Source: Sulfurospirillaceae bacterium
GTDB taxonomy: Bacteria; Campylobacterota; Campylobacteria; Campylobacterales; Sulfurospirillaceae
DNA length: 64,000 nt
Direction of reading: 5' to 3'
NCBI GenBank assembly: GCA_033723415.1
Contig: JAWVXD010000005.1
Coordinates: 176,486-240,485 of the forward strand
Below, in pieces: positions 10,934-21,044 of this stretch. The stretch's first letter is position 1; the number at the start of each line of letters is the position of its first letter. The position numbers were made by a program, and so were the translations under genes. A model generated the notes under the pieces. The model worked only from the letters and a program-made list of their open reading frames with translations, was not told where the DNA came from and did no database searches.

Positions 10934-11508
10934 AATGGCTCTCCTCCTTCTACATCTACATCTACGCCTGATCTTTCACTTGTGTCATGGATCATCTCTA
11001 ATTCAGTATTTATAAGAACTTTATCAGCATCTTCTTTGATTACTTCATATACTTTTTCACCTGCTCTATAAGCAGCTCCGGCAAAAGCAAGAGGAAGCAC
11101 AAGTTCTGGAATCCACATCGGAATATTTAAGTCCACGCTCATCTCTTGCATATCATGTAAGATCATGACGGATTGATAACCAAGATAGGCCATAACTGCA
11201 AGATATATAAAAGAGAGTGTGTGAGCAAATATCATAAGTGCTTTTGCCAACGATGCCGGCAATTTTGCCAATAAGATTGTGACTTGAATATGAATTCCTC
11301 TTTTAAAACCGTAGGCGGCACCAAAAAGTGCCCCCCACATAAACATATAATTTGTAAGCTCCCCAGCCCATGTTAAGCTCTCATCAAAAGCATACCTCAG
11401 AACAACATTGACAAAAGCAAGCGTTACACCAAAGAACATGCCCGCAACTGCTAAATTTCTGTTGAGAGTGGCAACTCCGACATCGAGCGCAGAAAAAAAC
11501 TTTTCCAT
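10930..11508 (-). CDS. dctQ: TRAP transporter small permease
   Basis: 4 TM; VVLRY..WAGELTNY..GAAYGFKRGIHI. Confidence 0.92.
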   Translation of the reverse strand: MEKFFSALDVGVATLNRNLAVAGMFFGVTLAFVNVVLRYAFDESLTWAGELTNYMFMWGALFGAAYGFKRGIHIQVTILLAKLPASLAKALMIFAHTLSFIYLAVMAYLGYQSVMILHDMQEMSVDLNIPMWIPELVLPLAFAGAAYRAGEKVYEVIKEDADKVLINTELEMIHDTSERSGVDVDVEGGEPL

Positions 11509-11534
11509 AACTACCCCTATCTTTTATATTTATA

Positions 11535-12527
11535 CTACTTTTGTTCTGCTTGCGCTTCTTGGATCAAATCTTTTCCGATTGTGCCGTAGAATTTTGGATA
11601 TATCGCTTCCATAGCTTTGTGCCATGCTGCATTTTGAGCTGCTGTCAAAGTGTATATTTTAAGCTTTCCGCTTTTCTTTGCATAACCTTTTAGTTTAGTC
11701 AAGAAAGAATTTTCAAGTTCTTTGGCTTCTTTTCTTTCGTAAATAGTTGCTTCATTCATAGCTTGAATGATTTTAGGCTTTAAATTCGCCGGTAATTTAT
11801 TCCAAAATTTCTTACTCATAACAACAAGATAACCAAGATAGCCGTGTTCAGTCAAAGTAAGAGAAGTTTGAACTTCATAGAATTTTTTAGTCCAAAAGTT
11901 TGAGAGAGGATTTTCAGCCGCGTCAACAACACCTTGTTGAAGTGCAGAATAAACTTCAGAGAAAGGAAGAACCTGCGGATTTCCGCCGATTGCTTTCATT
12001 TGTGCTTCAAGAACTTTAGAACTCATGATTCTGAATTTTTGTCCATCAGCATCTTTTGGCCAAAGGATAGGTTTTTTGTTTGAAGACATATCTTTAAAAC
12101 CGTTATCCCAATAGTTTAAAGCAACAAAACCTTTTGCAGTAACCAAATCTTTCAATTTTTGACCAACTTTTCCATCCATGACATCATGAACACCTTTAGC
12201 ACCTTTAAATAGGAATGGAAGGTCAAAAAGCTGAAGTTGTGGAACTAATGCAGTAAATTTAGAAAAGCTAGGACAAGCCATTTGAACATTTCCTATTTTT
12301 AGTGCTTTCATAACAGCTTTATCTGTATATAGCTGAGAATTTGGGAAAACTATAACCTCAACTTTTCCATTTGTCAACTCTTTTACTCTCTTAGCAAAAA
12401 AGTCGGCAGCCTTACCCTTTGGTGTGTTTGGACTTACAACATGCGAGAATTTGATAGTGTAATCCGCCGCAAAAGTCGAAGAAACTAAAAGTGCTGCTAC
12501 TGCAGCAATTTTAACAAATTTTGTCAT
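11535..12527 (-). CDS. dctP: TRAP C4-dicarboxylate-binding protein
   Basis: Start MTKFVK after AAGGAGA; IKFSHVVSPNTPKG, WDNGFK, KFRIM, EVYSALQQGVVDAAEN. Confidence 0.93.
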   Translation of the reverse strand: MTKFVKIAAVAALLVSSTFAADYTIKFSHVVSPNTPKGKAADFFAKRVKELTNGKVEVIVFPNSQLYTDKAVMKALKIGNVQMACPSFSKFTALVPQLQLFDLPFLFKGAKGVHDVMDGKVGQKLKDLVTAKGFVALNYWDNGFKDMSSNKKPILWPKDADGQKFRIMSSKVLEAQMKAIGGNPQVLPFSEVYSALQQGVVDAAENPLSNFWTKKFYEVQTSLTLTEHGYLGYLVVMSKKFWNKLPANLKPKIIQAMNEATIYERKEAKELENSFLTKLKGYAKKSGKLKIYTLTAAQNAAWHKAMEAIYPKFYGTIGKDLIQEAQAEQK

Positions 12528-12677
12528 AACAATCTCCTTAAAAATTTTTATATCAAGTCGATTATAATAAAAAGATGTGTCTATATTATGTAGCAATAAA
12601 GAAAATGAGAATTAAAAGAGATTTTGTCAAAATTATATTACGAAAGGTAACAAAATGAAAAATTTGCAAAAATCTTG

Positions 12678-13352
12678 TTACAACTTGTAACCAATACTTT
12701 GAACATTCCTTAAACTACCCACAGGTAGCTTCTTTCTTAAGTTTTTCATCATCAAGCGAAGTGCATTTAAGCTCATATATTCATCTTCCCAAAGTTCTCG
12801 CTCTATCTCTTCATATGTAATAACGCTGCCTCTTTCTAATAAAAGTTCTAAAAACCTTACTTCCTTTTTGGTAAGTTCAAATACGTCACTGTCATGTATA
12901 ATTTGTTTTTTGTTCATATCATAAAACCATCCGTCCTTAAACTCTACTATTCCATTATTATTTCTTGATTCCAAAAATTTATCAAGAGCATCAAGTAGTT
13001 TAGTTTCCGTAATAGGTTTTACAATATATCTGACCAATGAGAGTTCAACAGCTTCTAGCATATAATCAACTTCAGTATGTGCAGAGATGATCAATATTTG
13101 AGCTTTCGCATCCTGTTTTCTTATCTTTTTCGTAAGTTCTATACCGTCCAATAAAGGCATCTTGATGTCTGTTATAATTAGATCCGGATGTTTGTCTAAG
13201 AAAAGTTCGTATGCTTCCATACCGTCTTTTGCAAGATATACGTCTTTAAAAAAGAGAGAGAGCATCTCAGATACGTTTTGCCTGACCCCTGCTTCATCTT
13301 CTGCATATAACACTGAAAGTTTAGAAAGACTTTTGAGCATTTTCTCATCCAT
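12678..13352 (-). CDS. OmpR-family response regulator
   Basis: REC domain (YAEDE, ITDIKMP, YIVKP) plus winged helix (LTKKE, GYKL). Confidence 0.92.
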   Translation of the reverse strand: MDEKMLKSLSKLSVLYAEDEAGVRQNVSEMLSLFFKDVYLAKDGMEAYELFLDKHPDLIITDIKMPLLDGIELTKKIRKQDAKAQILIISAHTEVDYMLEAVELSLVRYIVKPITETKLLDALDKFLESRNNNGIVEFKDGWFYDMNKKQIIHDSDVFELTKKEVRFLELLLERGSVITYEEIERELWEDEYMSLNALRLMMKNLRKKLPVGSLRNVQSIGYKL

Positions 13353-13477
13353 AATATAACCCTTTTTACATTTTGCAGCTTACGAAAATTAAGCATAAAA
13401 TTTGTGTTATGATAATATAATTTAGCTTAATTTTATTGATATCAGATCAAATACTTTGCAACAAATATGGATATGTT

Positions 13478-15037
13478 TTGAAAATACTAAAAGAAGACAA
13501 TATTTCAACTGTCATAATTTTGAGCTCTATGTTTATCATAAGTTCACTCGTCATCTTTATCAGTTATCTTTTTATATCCAAGCAATACGACATCTTAGAT
13601 CGAGAGATACGAGATACAAAGCAGACATTTGTAAACTCAAAGAAAAAAGAGGTACAAAGAGAAGTTGATTCTGTTATTGAATATATAAGATATAAAAAGT
13701 CCCTCAAAACTCTTAGTGAAAACGAAATCAAACAAGATGTAATCCACTTCATAGAACATATCAAATTTGGAGAAGCAAAAAGCAATTACCTCTTTGTTTA
13801 TAAAATACTTAATTATAATGGAGGTGACAAATTTGCAAAATTACTTGTAAATCCAAACCGAAAAGATTTAATAGGAAAATTTATTTCCGATAACTATAAA
13901 GATGAAAATGGGAAAGCTTTTAGGAAAATCTTCTTAAACGACATAAAAAAACAAGGATACTCATTTGTACAGTACTTGTATAAAAAGCCTGATAGCAGTG
14001 AGATCAGACCCAAAGTTTCATATTTTAAACTTTATAAAGATTGGGATTGGGTTATAGCAGCAGGAACATATCTTGATAACATAAATACAAGAATCACACA
14101 AAAGAAAAATGAACTAAGACGCAAGATGAGCCTTGACATAACTTCATCTATAGCAATATTTTTACTTTTTTCTCTGATTGCAAACATATTTGCGATTATT
14201 CTAGGAAAACAGATAGATAAATTTTTCAAACAATATAATCAAGAGATCAAAGATAAAACAGTAGAATTGGAAAACTTAAACAAAACCCTAGAATTAAGGG
14301 TCATAGAAGAGGTAACAAAAAGAGGTGAGCAGGAAAGACTACTGATAGAGAAGTCAAAATTCATTGCTCTTGGTGAGATGATAAGCAACATCGCTCATCA
14401 ATGGAGACAACCTCTATCAGAACTTTCAGCAATCATTATGAACTTAAAATTCAGATATATGATGGGAAAACTTGATAAAAATATAATGATCGAAAAAAGT
14501 AAAGATGCTGAACTTCTTCTTGAATATATGTCACACACAATTGATGACTTTAGAGATTTTTTTAGTCCACAAAAAGATAAAAAAATCTTTAATATAAAAG
14601 ATTCAATTGAGAGTGTTATGAAAATAATCGGTAAAACTATACAAAATAAAAACATTGACATAAATATTGATATTAAAGATAACCCTAGTATATTTGGCTA
14701 CCAAAACGAGTTTGAACAAGTACTTCTCAATATACTTTCCAATGCTAAAGATGCCCTGATAGAAAGCAAAAATATAAATAAAGAGATCAATATAACAGTA
14801 AGAAAAGAAAATAATCAAGCCAAAATAGACATAGATGACAACGGGTCAGGAATAAAGATCCAGCCTATAGAGAAGATATTTGAACCTTATATAAGTACAA
14901 AATGGGATGTAAACGGTACAGGTATAGGGCTTTATATGTCAAAAATAATAATTGAAAAGAATATGCTTGGAGAACTCATTGCTCAAAATCTTGAGATTGG
15001 AGCTAGGATCACAATCATAATACCTATTGATATCTAG
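13478..15037 (+). CDS. sensor histidine kinase with periplasmic sCache domain
   Basis: TM-Cache (YLFVY, NPNRKDLIG, PKVSYFK, WDWVIAAGTY)-TM-HisKA (IAHQWRQPL)-HATPase (DNGSGI, GTGIGL); TTG start at 13478 preferred over 13436. Confidence 0.9.
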   Translation: MKILKEDNISTVIILSSMFIISSLVIFISYLFISKQYDILDREIRDTKQTFVNSKKKEVQREVDSVIEYIRYKKSLKTLSENEIKQDVIHFIEHIKFGEAKSNYLFVYKILNYNGGDKFAKLLVNPNRKDLIGKFISDNYKDENGKAFRKIFLNDIKKQGYSFVQYLYKKPDSSEIRPKVSYFKLYKDWDWVIAAGTYLDNINTRITQKKNELRRKMSLDITSSIAIFLLFSLIANIFAIILGKQIDKFFKQYNQEIKDKTVELENLNKTLELRVIEEVTKRGEQERLLIEKSKFIALGEMISNIAHQWRQPLSELSAIIMNLKFRYMMGKLDKNIMIEKSKDAELLLEYMSHTIDDFRDFFSPQKDKKIFNIKDSIESVMKIIGKTIQNKNIDINIDIKDNPSIFGYQNEFEQVLLNILSNAKDALIESKNINKEINITVRKENNQAKIDIDDNGSGIKIQPIEKIFEPYISTKWDVNGTGIGLYMSKIIIEKNMLGELIAQNLEIGARITIIIPIDI

Positions 15038-16016
15038 CTTTTTCTACCTCGTCTATCAGGTCAAGACCTATTTTAGGATAAAATTTTGGATATATGATGC
15101 TTATATCTCTTTTCCAGACATTTCGCTCATTTTGACTTAACTTTAAAATGTGAAAATTCGGATGAGCTTTTGCGTAATCTTCAAGTTTTGCAAGGTATGA
15201 ACTTTCCATATCTTTTGCCAATTTCCTCTCATATTTTGTTGCCATATCACTTGCTTGCATCACATCTTTTTGTAAATTTTTAGGTAATTTATCCCAAAAA
15301 CTTTTGTTCATGAGTAAGATATATCCCAAATAACCGTGAGAGCTTAAAACCAGACTATCTTGCACTTCATAAAATTTTTTACTATAAAAATTTGAAAGAG
15401 GATTTTCTGCTGCATCAACTTGCTTAGATTTAAGCGCATCATAAACTTTAGAAAAAGGAAGTACTTGTGCTGTTGCTCCTATAGAGACGAATTGTTCTTT
15501 TAAAACTGCCGAATTCATTATCCTGAATTTTTGATTTTTAGCATCACTTGGTGAAAAAAGTGGAGATTTTGACGATGATAACTGTTTAAATCCGTTATCC
15601 CAATAATTTAATGCTATATAGCCTTTTTTAGTAATTAACTTTTTTATAGTATCTCCGACCTTGCCTTTCATGACCCTGTGCACATGATTCATATCATCAA
15701 ATAAAAACGGTAAGTCAAAAATTTCGATTTGAGGGACGAGAGAGGAGAGTTTTGACAAACTAGGAACAGCCATCTCTAGCTTTCCATCTTGCATAGCTTT
15801 TAATACTTGTGAATCATTGAACAATGTAGAATTTGGAAAAACCTTGACTATAACTTTATGATGAGTAAGCTCTTCTACTTTTTGTTTAAAGAACACTGCA
15901 GCTTTGCCTTTTGGGGTATCAGGAGATACGACATGAGAAAATCTAATAGTAAATTGTGGTGCTGCAAACATAAAAATATAACCAAAACAAACAAACAATA
16001 CAATTCTAAGAACCAT
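15024..16016 (-). CDS. dctP: second, stand-alone TRAP DctP-family binding protein
   Basis: IRFSHVVSPDTPKG, WDNGFK, KFRIM, VDAAENPLSN; clear paralogue of 11535-12527; start MVLRIV after AGGA. Confidence 0.88.
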   Translation of the reverse strand: MVLRIVLFVCFGYIFMFAAPQFTIRFSHVVSPDTPKGKAAVFFKQKVEELTHHKVIVKVFPNSTLFNDSQVLKAMQDGKLEMAVPSLSKLSSLVPQIEIFDLPFLFDDMNHVHRVMKGKVGDTIKKLITKKGYIALNYWDNGFKQLSSSKSPLFSPSDAKNQKFRIMNSAVLKEQFVSIGATAQVLPFSKVYDALKSKQVDAAENPLSNFYSKKFYEVQDSLVLSSHGYLGYILLMNKSFWDKLPKNLQKDVMQASDMATKYERKLAKDMESSYLAKLEDYAKAHPNFHILKLSQNERNVWKRDISIIYPKFYPKIGLDLIDEVEKARYQ

Positions 16017-16046
16017 AATATATCCTAATATAAAATCTGATCCGCA

Positions 16047-16075
16047 ATTGTAGTATAGCATCTTGTGATTGTCAA
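16047..16075 (-). promoter_or_regulatory. sigma70-type promoter of the solo dctP
   Basis: Minus strand TTGACA-17 nt-TACAAT, with an overlapping TGcTATACT. Confidence 0.65.
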
Positions 16076-16102
16076 TATAAAGAGGAAAGAATGTGATTGG
16101 AT

Positions 16103-16141
16103 AAAAAGAATGGAGGAGGCGCTTGGCTTTTACCACCTCCA
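16103..16141 (-). terminator. GC-rich terminator-like hairpin (possible sRNA 3' end)
   Basis: Minus strand TGGAGGTGGT...GCCTCCTCCA followed by TTCTTTTT. Confidence 0.6.
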
Positions 16142-16226
16142 AGATTTTATCATTTTCGGAGTATTTTTGAAATTCGCTTAATGAAATTCTACGTTATAAA
16201 AGTAAACGAGCGGTTAACGTTTAAAG

Positions 16227-16754
16227 TTAAAAATTTACTCTCTCGACTTTTGGAACAGATATCCAATGAACTATCCTACTCTTATTTCTTTTGTGAACTA
16301 TATCTGCTGTATTGTTTTTACGCTCATAATACCTTGCTTGATTGGTTTTATTGATAAAAAATAGATTTTTCAATTTTGAGTTCTTTAAGATCACATATAC
16401 TAAATCTCCGTGATTTGCCAACTTCTTTTTATAATAGAACTTTGCAAACGGAAGTTTGAAATTACTAGTATCTACTCCGCTTATCTCATATAGCCAGGAT
16501 TTTTTTGATCTTTCATATTTTATGACTTTGACGATCCCTTTTATGCTTCCGCTATAGATATTCTCATACTTTGGTTTTTCATTTGTATATGTATGGACAT
16601 AATTTTGTTTTACCTTTACTTGAGACCTTTGTACTGTTTTTTCGTTTTGATTTTGTACATTATATGTAGATTTGTTAAGTGTCATTTCTGAAACAACGCA
16701 TCCTTGAAACAAAAATACAATGATTGCGATAAGAAAAATTTTAATGAATTTCAT
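16227..16754 (-). CDS. hypothetical basic lipoprotein
   Basis: 175 aa; lipobox FQGC after a hydrophobic leader; AAGG SD. Confidence 0.7.
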   Translation of the reverse strand: MKFIKIFLIAIIVFLFQGCVVSEMTLNKSTYNVQNQNEKTVQRSQVKVKQNYVHTYTNEKPKYENIYSGSIKGIVKVIKYERSKKSWLYEISGVDTSNFKLPFAKFYYKKKLANHGDLVYVILKNSKLKNLFFINKTNQARYYERKNNTADIVHKRNKSRIVHWISVPKVERVNF

Positions 16755-16795
16755 GTCAACCTTTTTTATTTATTTAAGCTTATATTATCAAAGTC

Positions 16796-16824
16796 TTCAT
16801 TAATTTGCAATTTTATGGTATAAT
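16796..16824 (+). promoter_or_regulatory. promoter of ssrA
   Basis: TTCATT-17 nt-TATAAT with extended -10 TGgTATAAT. Confidence 0.65.
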
Positions 16825-16849
16825 CTCCTTTCTAATTTATATTAGTTAT

Positions 16850-17222
16850 GGGGTTGACAAGGCTTCGACAGGAATAGTGTCAACTTTTGGCTGCATGTCG
16901 CAAGTGAGGGACTTGCGTTACCAAACCTTCAAAACAATAACTGCTAATAACAGTAACTATCGTCCTGCTTACGCTGTAGCGTAAGTTTAAGTAAAACTTT
17001 GGACTGCTTCCTCCTTTGATTCTATCTATAAGGATTTTGGAAGTATCATAGCTTGATAGATATATTTTAAGTCTGCCTCGTCTTAAAATGAAATTAGAGG
17101 CTAGTTTTGCGTAGTTTTGTTAGTTGTATGAAGCAAAATGAATTTTTAACAACTATTTTAAGCATGTAGACGCTGAGAGTGGCTATTTTTGGACTCCGGT
17201 TCGATTCCGGACAGCTCCACCA
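16850..17222 (+). ncRNA. ssrA: transfer-messenger RNA
   Basis: 5' GGGGTTG pairs with CAGCTCC-ACCA (G3:U Ala determinant); T-arm CCGG-TTCGATT-CCGG; tag ORF ANNSNYRPAYAVA* at 16943-16984. Confidence 0.97.
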
Positions 17223-17242
17223 TTAAATGACAGGATTTCAAA

Positions 17243-18004
17243 TTGCGCTTTTTGATTTTAACTTTATATTTTATATCTTTTTTACACGCAACGCCTGCAC
17301 TTGCTAACCGCCACACAAACGACAACTCTCAGATAGCCGATGAATTCGACCAAGAATTCCAAGCAAAAGAGAAGAACAACGATTTTGATCCATTTTCAGG
17401 ATACAATAGAGTCATGACAAATTTCAATGATTTCTTTTTCATAAATATACTTGATCCTGCATCAAAAGGGTATAAAACTATTATCCCGAAACCTGCGAGA
17501 AATGGGATAGATAACTTTTTTAACAATTTATTGTTTCCTATCAGACTTGTGAACAATTTACTTCAACTCAAATTTGCAAATTCCTTTGAGGAGACTCAAA
17601 GATTTTTACTGAACTCCACGATAGGCATAGTAGGATTAAATGACATTGCCAGAGACAGGTTTAACCTAAAAGCACATAACGAAGATTTTGGACAAACTCT
17701 TGGATTTTATGGTATAGGTGGAGGAATTCATATAGTTTGGCCTATCCTTGGACAATCAAACCTCAGAGATACTGCGGGACTAGTAGCAGACGCTATCATT
17801 AACCCATTGACATATATGAGTAACAGGGGTTATAATGTATTTGACAATATGGCACAATCATATGAAGGAAAAGCTTTGGACATAGTAAATTATAACTCTT
17901 TTCACGTAGGTGAATATGAGAAATTAAAAAAGGATGCCATAGATTTATATCCTTTTTTAAAGAACATTTATGAACAAAGAAGAAAAAAACTAATAGAAGA
18001 ATAG
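17243..18004 (+). CDS. mlaA: MlaA/VacJ family protein
   Basis: DPFSGYNRVMTNFND, RFLLNSTIG, EDFGQTLG, WPILG.S..RD, D.Y. Confidence 0.9.
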   Translation: MRFLILTLYFISFLHATPALANRHTNDNSQIADEFDQEFQAKEKNNDFDPFSGYNRVMTNFNDFFFINILDPASKGYKTIIPKPARNGIDNFFNNLLFPIRLVNNLLQLKFANSFEETQRFLLNSTIGIVGLNDIARDRFNLKAHNEDFGQTLGFYGIGGGIHIVWPILGQSNLRDTAGLVADAIINPLTYMSNRGYNVFDNMAQSYEGKALDIVNYNSFHVGEYEKLKKDAIDLYPFLKNIYEQRRKKLIEE

Positions 18005-18015
18005 GAGAGTAGATT

Positions 18016-18597
18016 TTGAAAATTATATTTTTATGCTTACTAATTGTTGTAAATATTTTTGCATTGAGTGAAAATCAAATACAAAGCTTTATGAAGACAA
18101 ATATAAACGAAGCAGTTAAATTAATAAAAGAAAGTAAGCAAACCAAAGAAAACAAAGATGTTTTATCTAAAAAGATCTTCAAATTATTCGACCCTGTATT
18201 TGACTATAAATTGATGGCCAGACTTTCTATAGGCGGAGAAACGTGGAGAGAACTCAGCCAAAAACAAAAAGAAGAATTTACACAAAAATTCACAAAAAGA
18301 TTAAAAGAATCATACAAATCAAAACTTGATAAATACGATAATCAAGAGATCATTGTCAAAGGCGTAGACAAGATAAAAGAAAACCGAATACATCTTTTGA
18401 CTCAGATAGAAGGCAAAAAAGAAAAATACGATATCGTATATAAATTTTACAAAACAAGAGATAATCAATGGTATATCTATGATGTGGATGTTTTAGGAGT
18501 AAGCGTCATACAAACCTATAGATCACAATTTTCTGATGAATTGAAAAAATATAGTTTCAATGAACTGCTAGCAAAATTGAATGATACGAACAACTAA
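18016..18597 (+). CDS. mlaC: MlaC/Ttg2D phospholipid-binding protein
   Basis: FDYKLMARLSIG..W, WYIYDVDVLGVSVIQTYRSQF. Confidence 0.9.
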   Translation: MKIIFLCLLIVVNIFALSENQIQSFMKTNINEAVKLIKESKQTKENKDVLSKKIFKLFDPVFDYKLMARLSIGGETWRELSQKQKEEFTQKFTKRLKESYKSKLDKYDNQEIIVKGVDKIKENRIHLLTQIEGKKEKYDIVYKFYKTRDNQWYIYDVDVLGVSVIQTYRSQFSDELKKYSFNELLAKLNDTNN

Positions 18598-18605
18598 ACT
18601 CATCT

Positions 18606-21044
18606 ATGTTAAAATCGTTTTATAACAATTTTATATTAAAATTTCCCAAGATAGTACTCTTTGTACTTGCCATCTTTATGGTAGTCTTTGGTTATTTTTC
18701 TACAAAATTAAGTATTGATGCTTCTGCAGACAGCCTGCTCTTGGACAATGACAAAGATCTGGCATATTATAGAGCTGTCAGTGAACGATACTATATGCCG
18801 AATTTTTTAGTATTGACTTATACGCCAAAGAGTAAATTACTATCGGACAAGTCACTCAAAACTCTACAATCGCTCACAAACGATTTGAAAAAATTAGATC
18901 AAATAACAAGTGTCATATCTATTTTGAATGTACCTCTTTTACAAAGTCCTCCAAGACCTGTCAAAGATTTGCTTGAGAAGATACCAACACTAGAAGACAA
19001 AGGGATAGACAAGGCTCTTGTAAAAAAAGAATTTTTGAACAGTCCTATATATAAAAACAATCTAGTCAGCAGCGATTTTAAAACAACTGCAATATTACTA
19101 AATCTAAAAGAAGACAAAAAATACAACGAATTTATCAAGAAAAGAAATGAGCTTAGAAAAAAAGGCGATGAAGCAAAAATACTGGAGCTAAATCTCAAAT
19201 TTAAAGAATATAGGAATTTAAGAAGAGAGATAGATCATAAAAACATAATTCAAATACGCAGTATCACACAAAAGTACAAGAACAATGCCAAAATATTTTT
19301 AGGCGGCGTCAATATGATAGCAAATGATATGATCAGCTTCATAAAAAGTGATCTTATGATCTATGGATCCGTTCTTTTACTACTGCTTATCACAACTTTG
19401 TATTTTATATTCAGAGAGATGAAATTTGTACTTATTCCTGTATTGGTTTCAGTTGTTTCTGTTGTTTTTACCACAGGCTTTCTAGGAATTTTTGATTGGG
19501 AAGTCACTGTAATATCTTCAAACTATATATCTCTTCAGCTTATAATCACAATATCTATAATCCTGCACTTAATAGTGAGATATAGAGAACTAGCAAATGA
19601 AAATACGGATATGTCACAAAAAGAATTGTTACTAGAGACCGTTCTATCAAAAGCAAAACCTTCTTTTTACGCGATTATTACTACGGTAGCAGGCTTTGGT
19701 TCTTTGATACTGGCAGATTTGAAACCTGTCATAAATCTAGGCTATATGATGGGTATAGGCGTTGCTACTTCCTTGATTATCTCATTTATATTGTTTCCTG
19801 CCATGATGATGCTTTTTAAAAGAGATCATGTAGTCATAAAACCAAATAAAATAGGCTCTATCATAACGAATTTTAGTGCCTCTTTTGTCAAAAACCATGG
19901 TTCAGCAATACTCATATCAGCTGCTTTAATAGCTGTTCTATCTATCTTTGGAGCAATGAGACTGAAAGTAGAGAACAGCTTTATCAACTATTTTAAGCAA
20001 AATACGGAAATATACAAAAGTATGAAAGTGATAGATCAAAAATTAGGCGGCACGACACCTTTGGATTTGATCGTAAAATTTAAAAAAGAGAAAAAGGCAA
20101 AACAGGACGATGGGCAGTTTGATCAATTTGAAAGCGAATTTGAACAAACACAAAATCAAAACCAATATTGGTTTTCACCAAATAAAATGGAAACTATTAG
20201 AAAAATACAACATTATCTAGAGTCTTTAAAAGAAGTAGGGAACGTTCAATCATTTGGAACAGTTCTAGAAGTTGCTAAAGAACTAAACGACAATAAGAAC
20301 TTAGATACTTTTGAATTAGCCGTTCTTTATAAACAGATCCCGCAAAGATTTAGAGATATCATATTAAATCCATTTGTGGACATTAAGGACAATGAAGTTA
20401 GATTTGCAATGAGGATAATAGACTCAAATCCAAATCTTAGAAGAGATGCTTTTTTAAAGAAGATCAAAAGAGAATTACCGAAGATAGTAGATACCAAAAA
20501 TATATCTTTTAGATTGACAAGCTTAATGGTCCTGTACAATAATATGCTTCAATCTTTATTTGAATCACAAATTCTTACATTGGGAGCTGTACTTGTCATA
20601 CTATTTTTGATGTTTTTAGTTCTTTTCAAGTCATTCAAGATATCTGCGATAGCGATCATAGTCAATATTATCCCGGTAGGCATCATATTTGCCGTCATGG
20701 GTTTTGCAAGTATACCGCTGGATGTCATGACCATTACTATAGCATCGATCAGTATAGGGATAGGAGTTGATGACACTATTCATTATATACATAGATTCCA
20801 AGAAGAATATATAAAAGATCATGACTATATAAAAGCTATGGAGAGGTCACACCATAGTATAGGATATGCGATGTTCTATACGTCACTTGCCATTATACTT
20901 GGATTTTCGATTTTGGTATTTTCAAACTTCATCCCTACTATTTATTTTGGGTTGTTAACTATACTTGTAATGTTCTCTGCTTTAGTGAGTGCGCTTCTTT
21001 TACTTCCAAAGATGCTTATAATGTTCAGAGCTTTTTCATCTTGA
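18606..21044 (+). CDS. MMPL/RND family transporter
   Basis: Two RND halves; GGTTPLD, IGIGVDDTIH; follows mlaA-mlaC as in C. jejuni Cj1371-1373. Confidence 0.88.
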   Translation: MLKSFYNNFILKFPKIVLFVLAIFMVVFGYFSTKLSIDASADSLLLDNDKDLAYYRAVSERYYMPNFLVLTYTPKSKLLSDKSLKTLQSLTNDLKKLDQITSVISILNVPLLQSPPRPVKDLLEKIPTLEDKGIDKALVKKEFLNSPIYKNNLVSSDFKTTAILLNLKEDKKYNEFIKKRNELRKKGDEAKILELNLKFKEYRNLRREIDHKNIIQIRSITQKYKNNAKIFLGGVNMIANDMISFIKSDLMIYGSVLLLLLITTLYFIFREMKFVLIPVLVSVVSVVFTTGFLGIFDWEVTVISSNYISLQLIITISIILHLIVRYRELANENTDMSQKELLLETVLSKAKPSFYAIITTVAGFGSLILADLKPVINLGYMMGIGVATSLIISFILFPAMMMLFKRDHVVIKPNKIGSIITNFSASFVKNHGSAILISAALIAVLSIFGAMRLKVENSFINYFKQNTEIYKSMKVIDQKLGGTTPLDLIVKFKKEKKAKQDDGQFDQFESEFEQTQNQNQYWFSPNKMETIRKIQHYLESLKEVGNVQSFGTVLEVAKELNDNKNLDTFELAVLYKQIPQRFRDIILNPFVDIKDNEVRFAMRIIDSNPNLRRDAFLKKIKRELPKIVDTKNISFRLTSLMVLYNNMLQSLFESQILTLGAVLVILFLMFLVLFKSFKISAIAIIVNIIPVGIIFAVMGFASIPLDVMTITIASISIGIGVDDTIHYIHRFQEEYIKDHDYIKAMERSHHSIGYAMFYTSLAIILGFSILVFSNFIPTIYFGLLTILVMFSALVSALLLLPKMLIMFRAFSS

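Noticed and set aside
17161..17222. tRNA gene suggested by the T-arm and CCA
   Set aside because: It is the 3' tRNA-like domain of tmRNA; there is no anticodon arm
17243..21044. mlaA-mlaC-MMPL without mlaFEDB as a new lipid transport system
   Set aside because: The same trio is already known in C. jejuni (Cj1371-1373)
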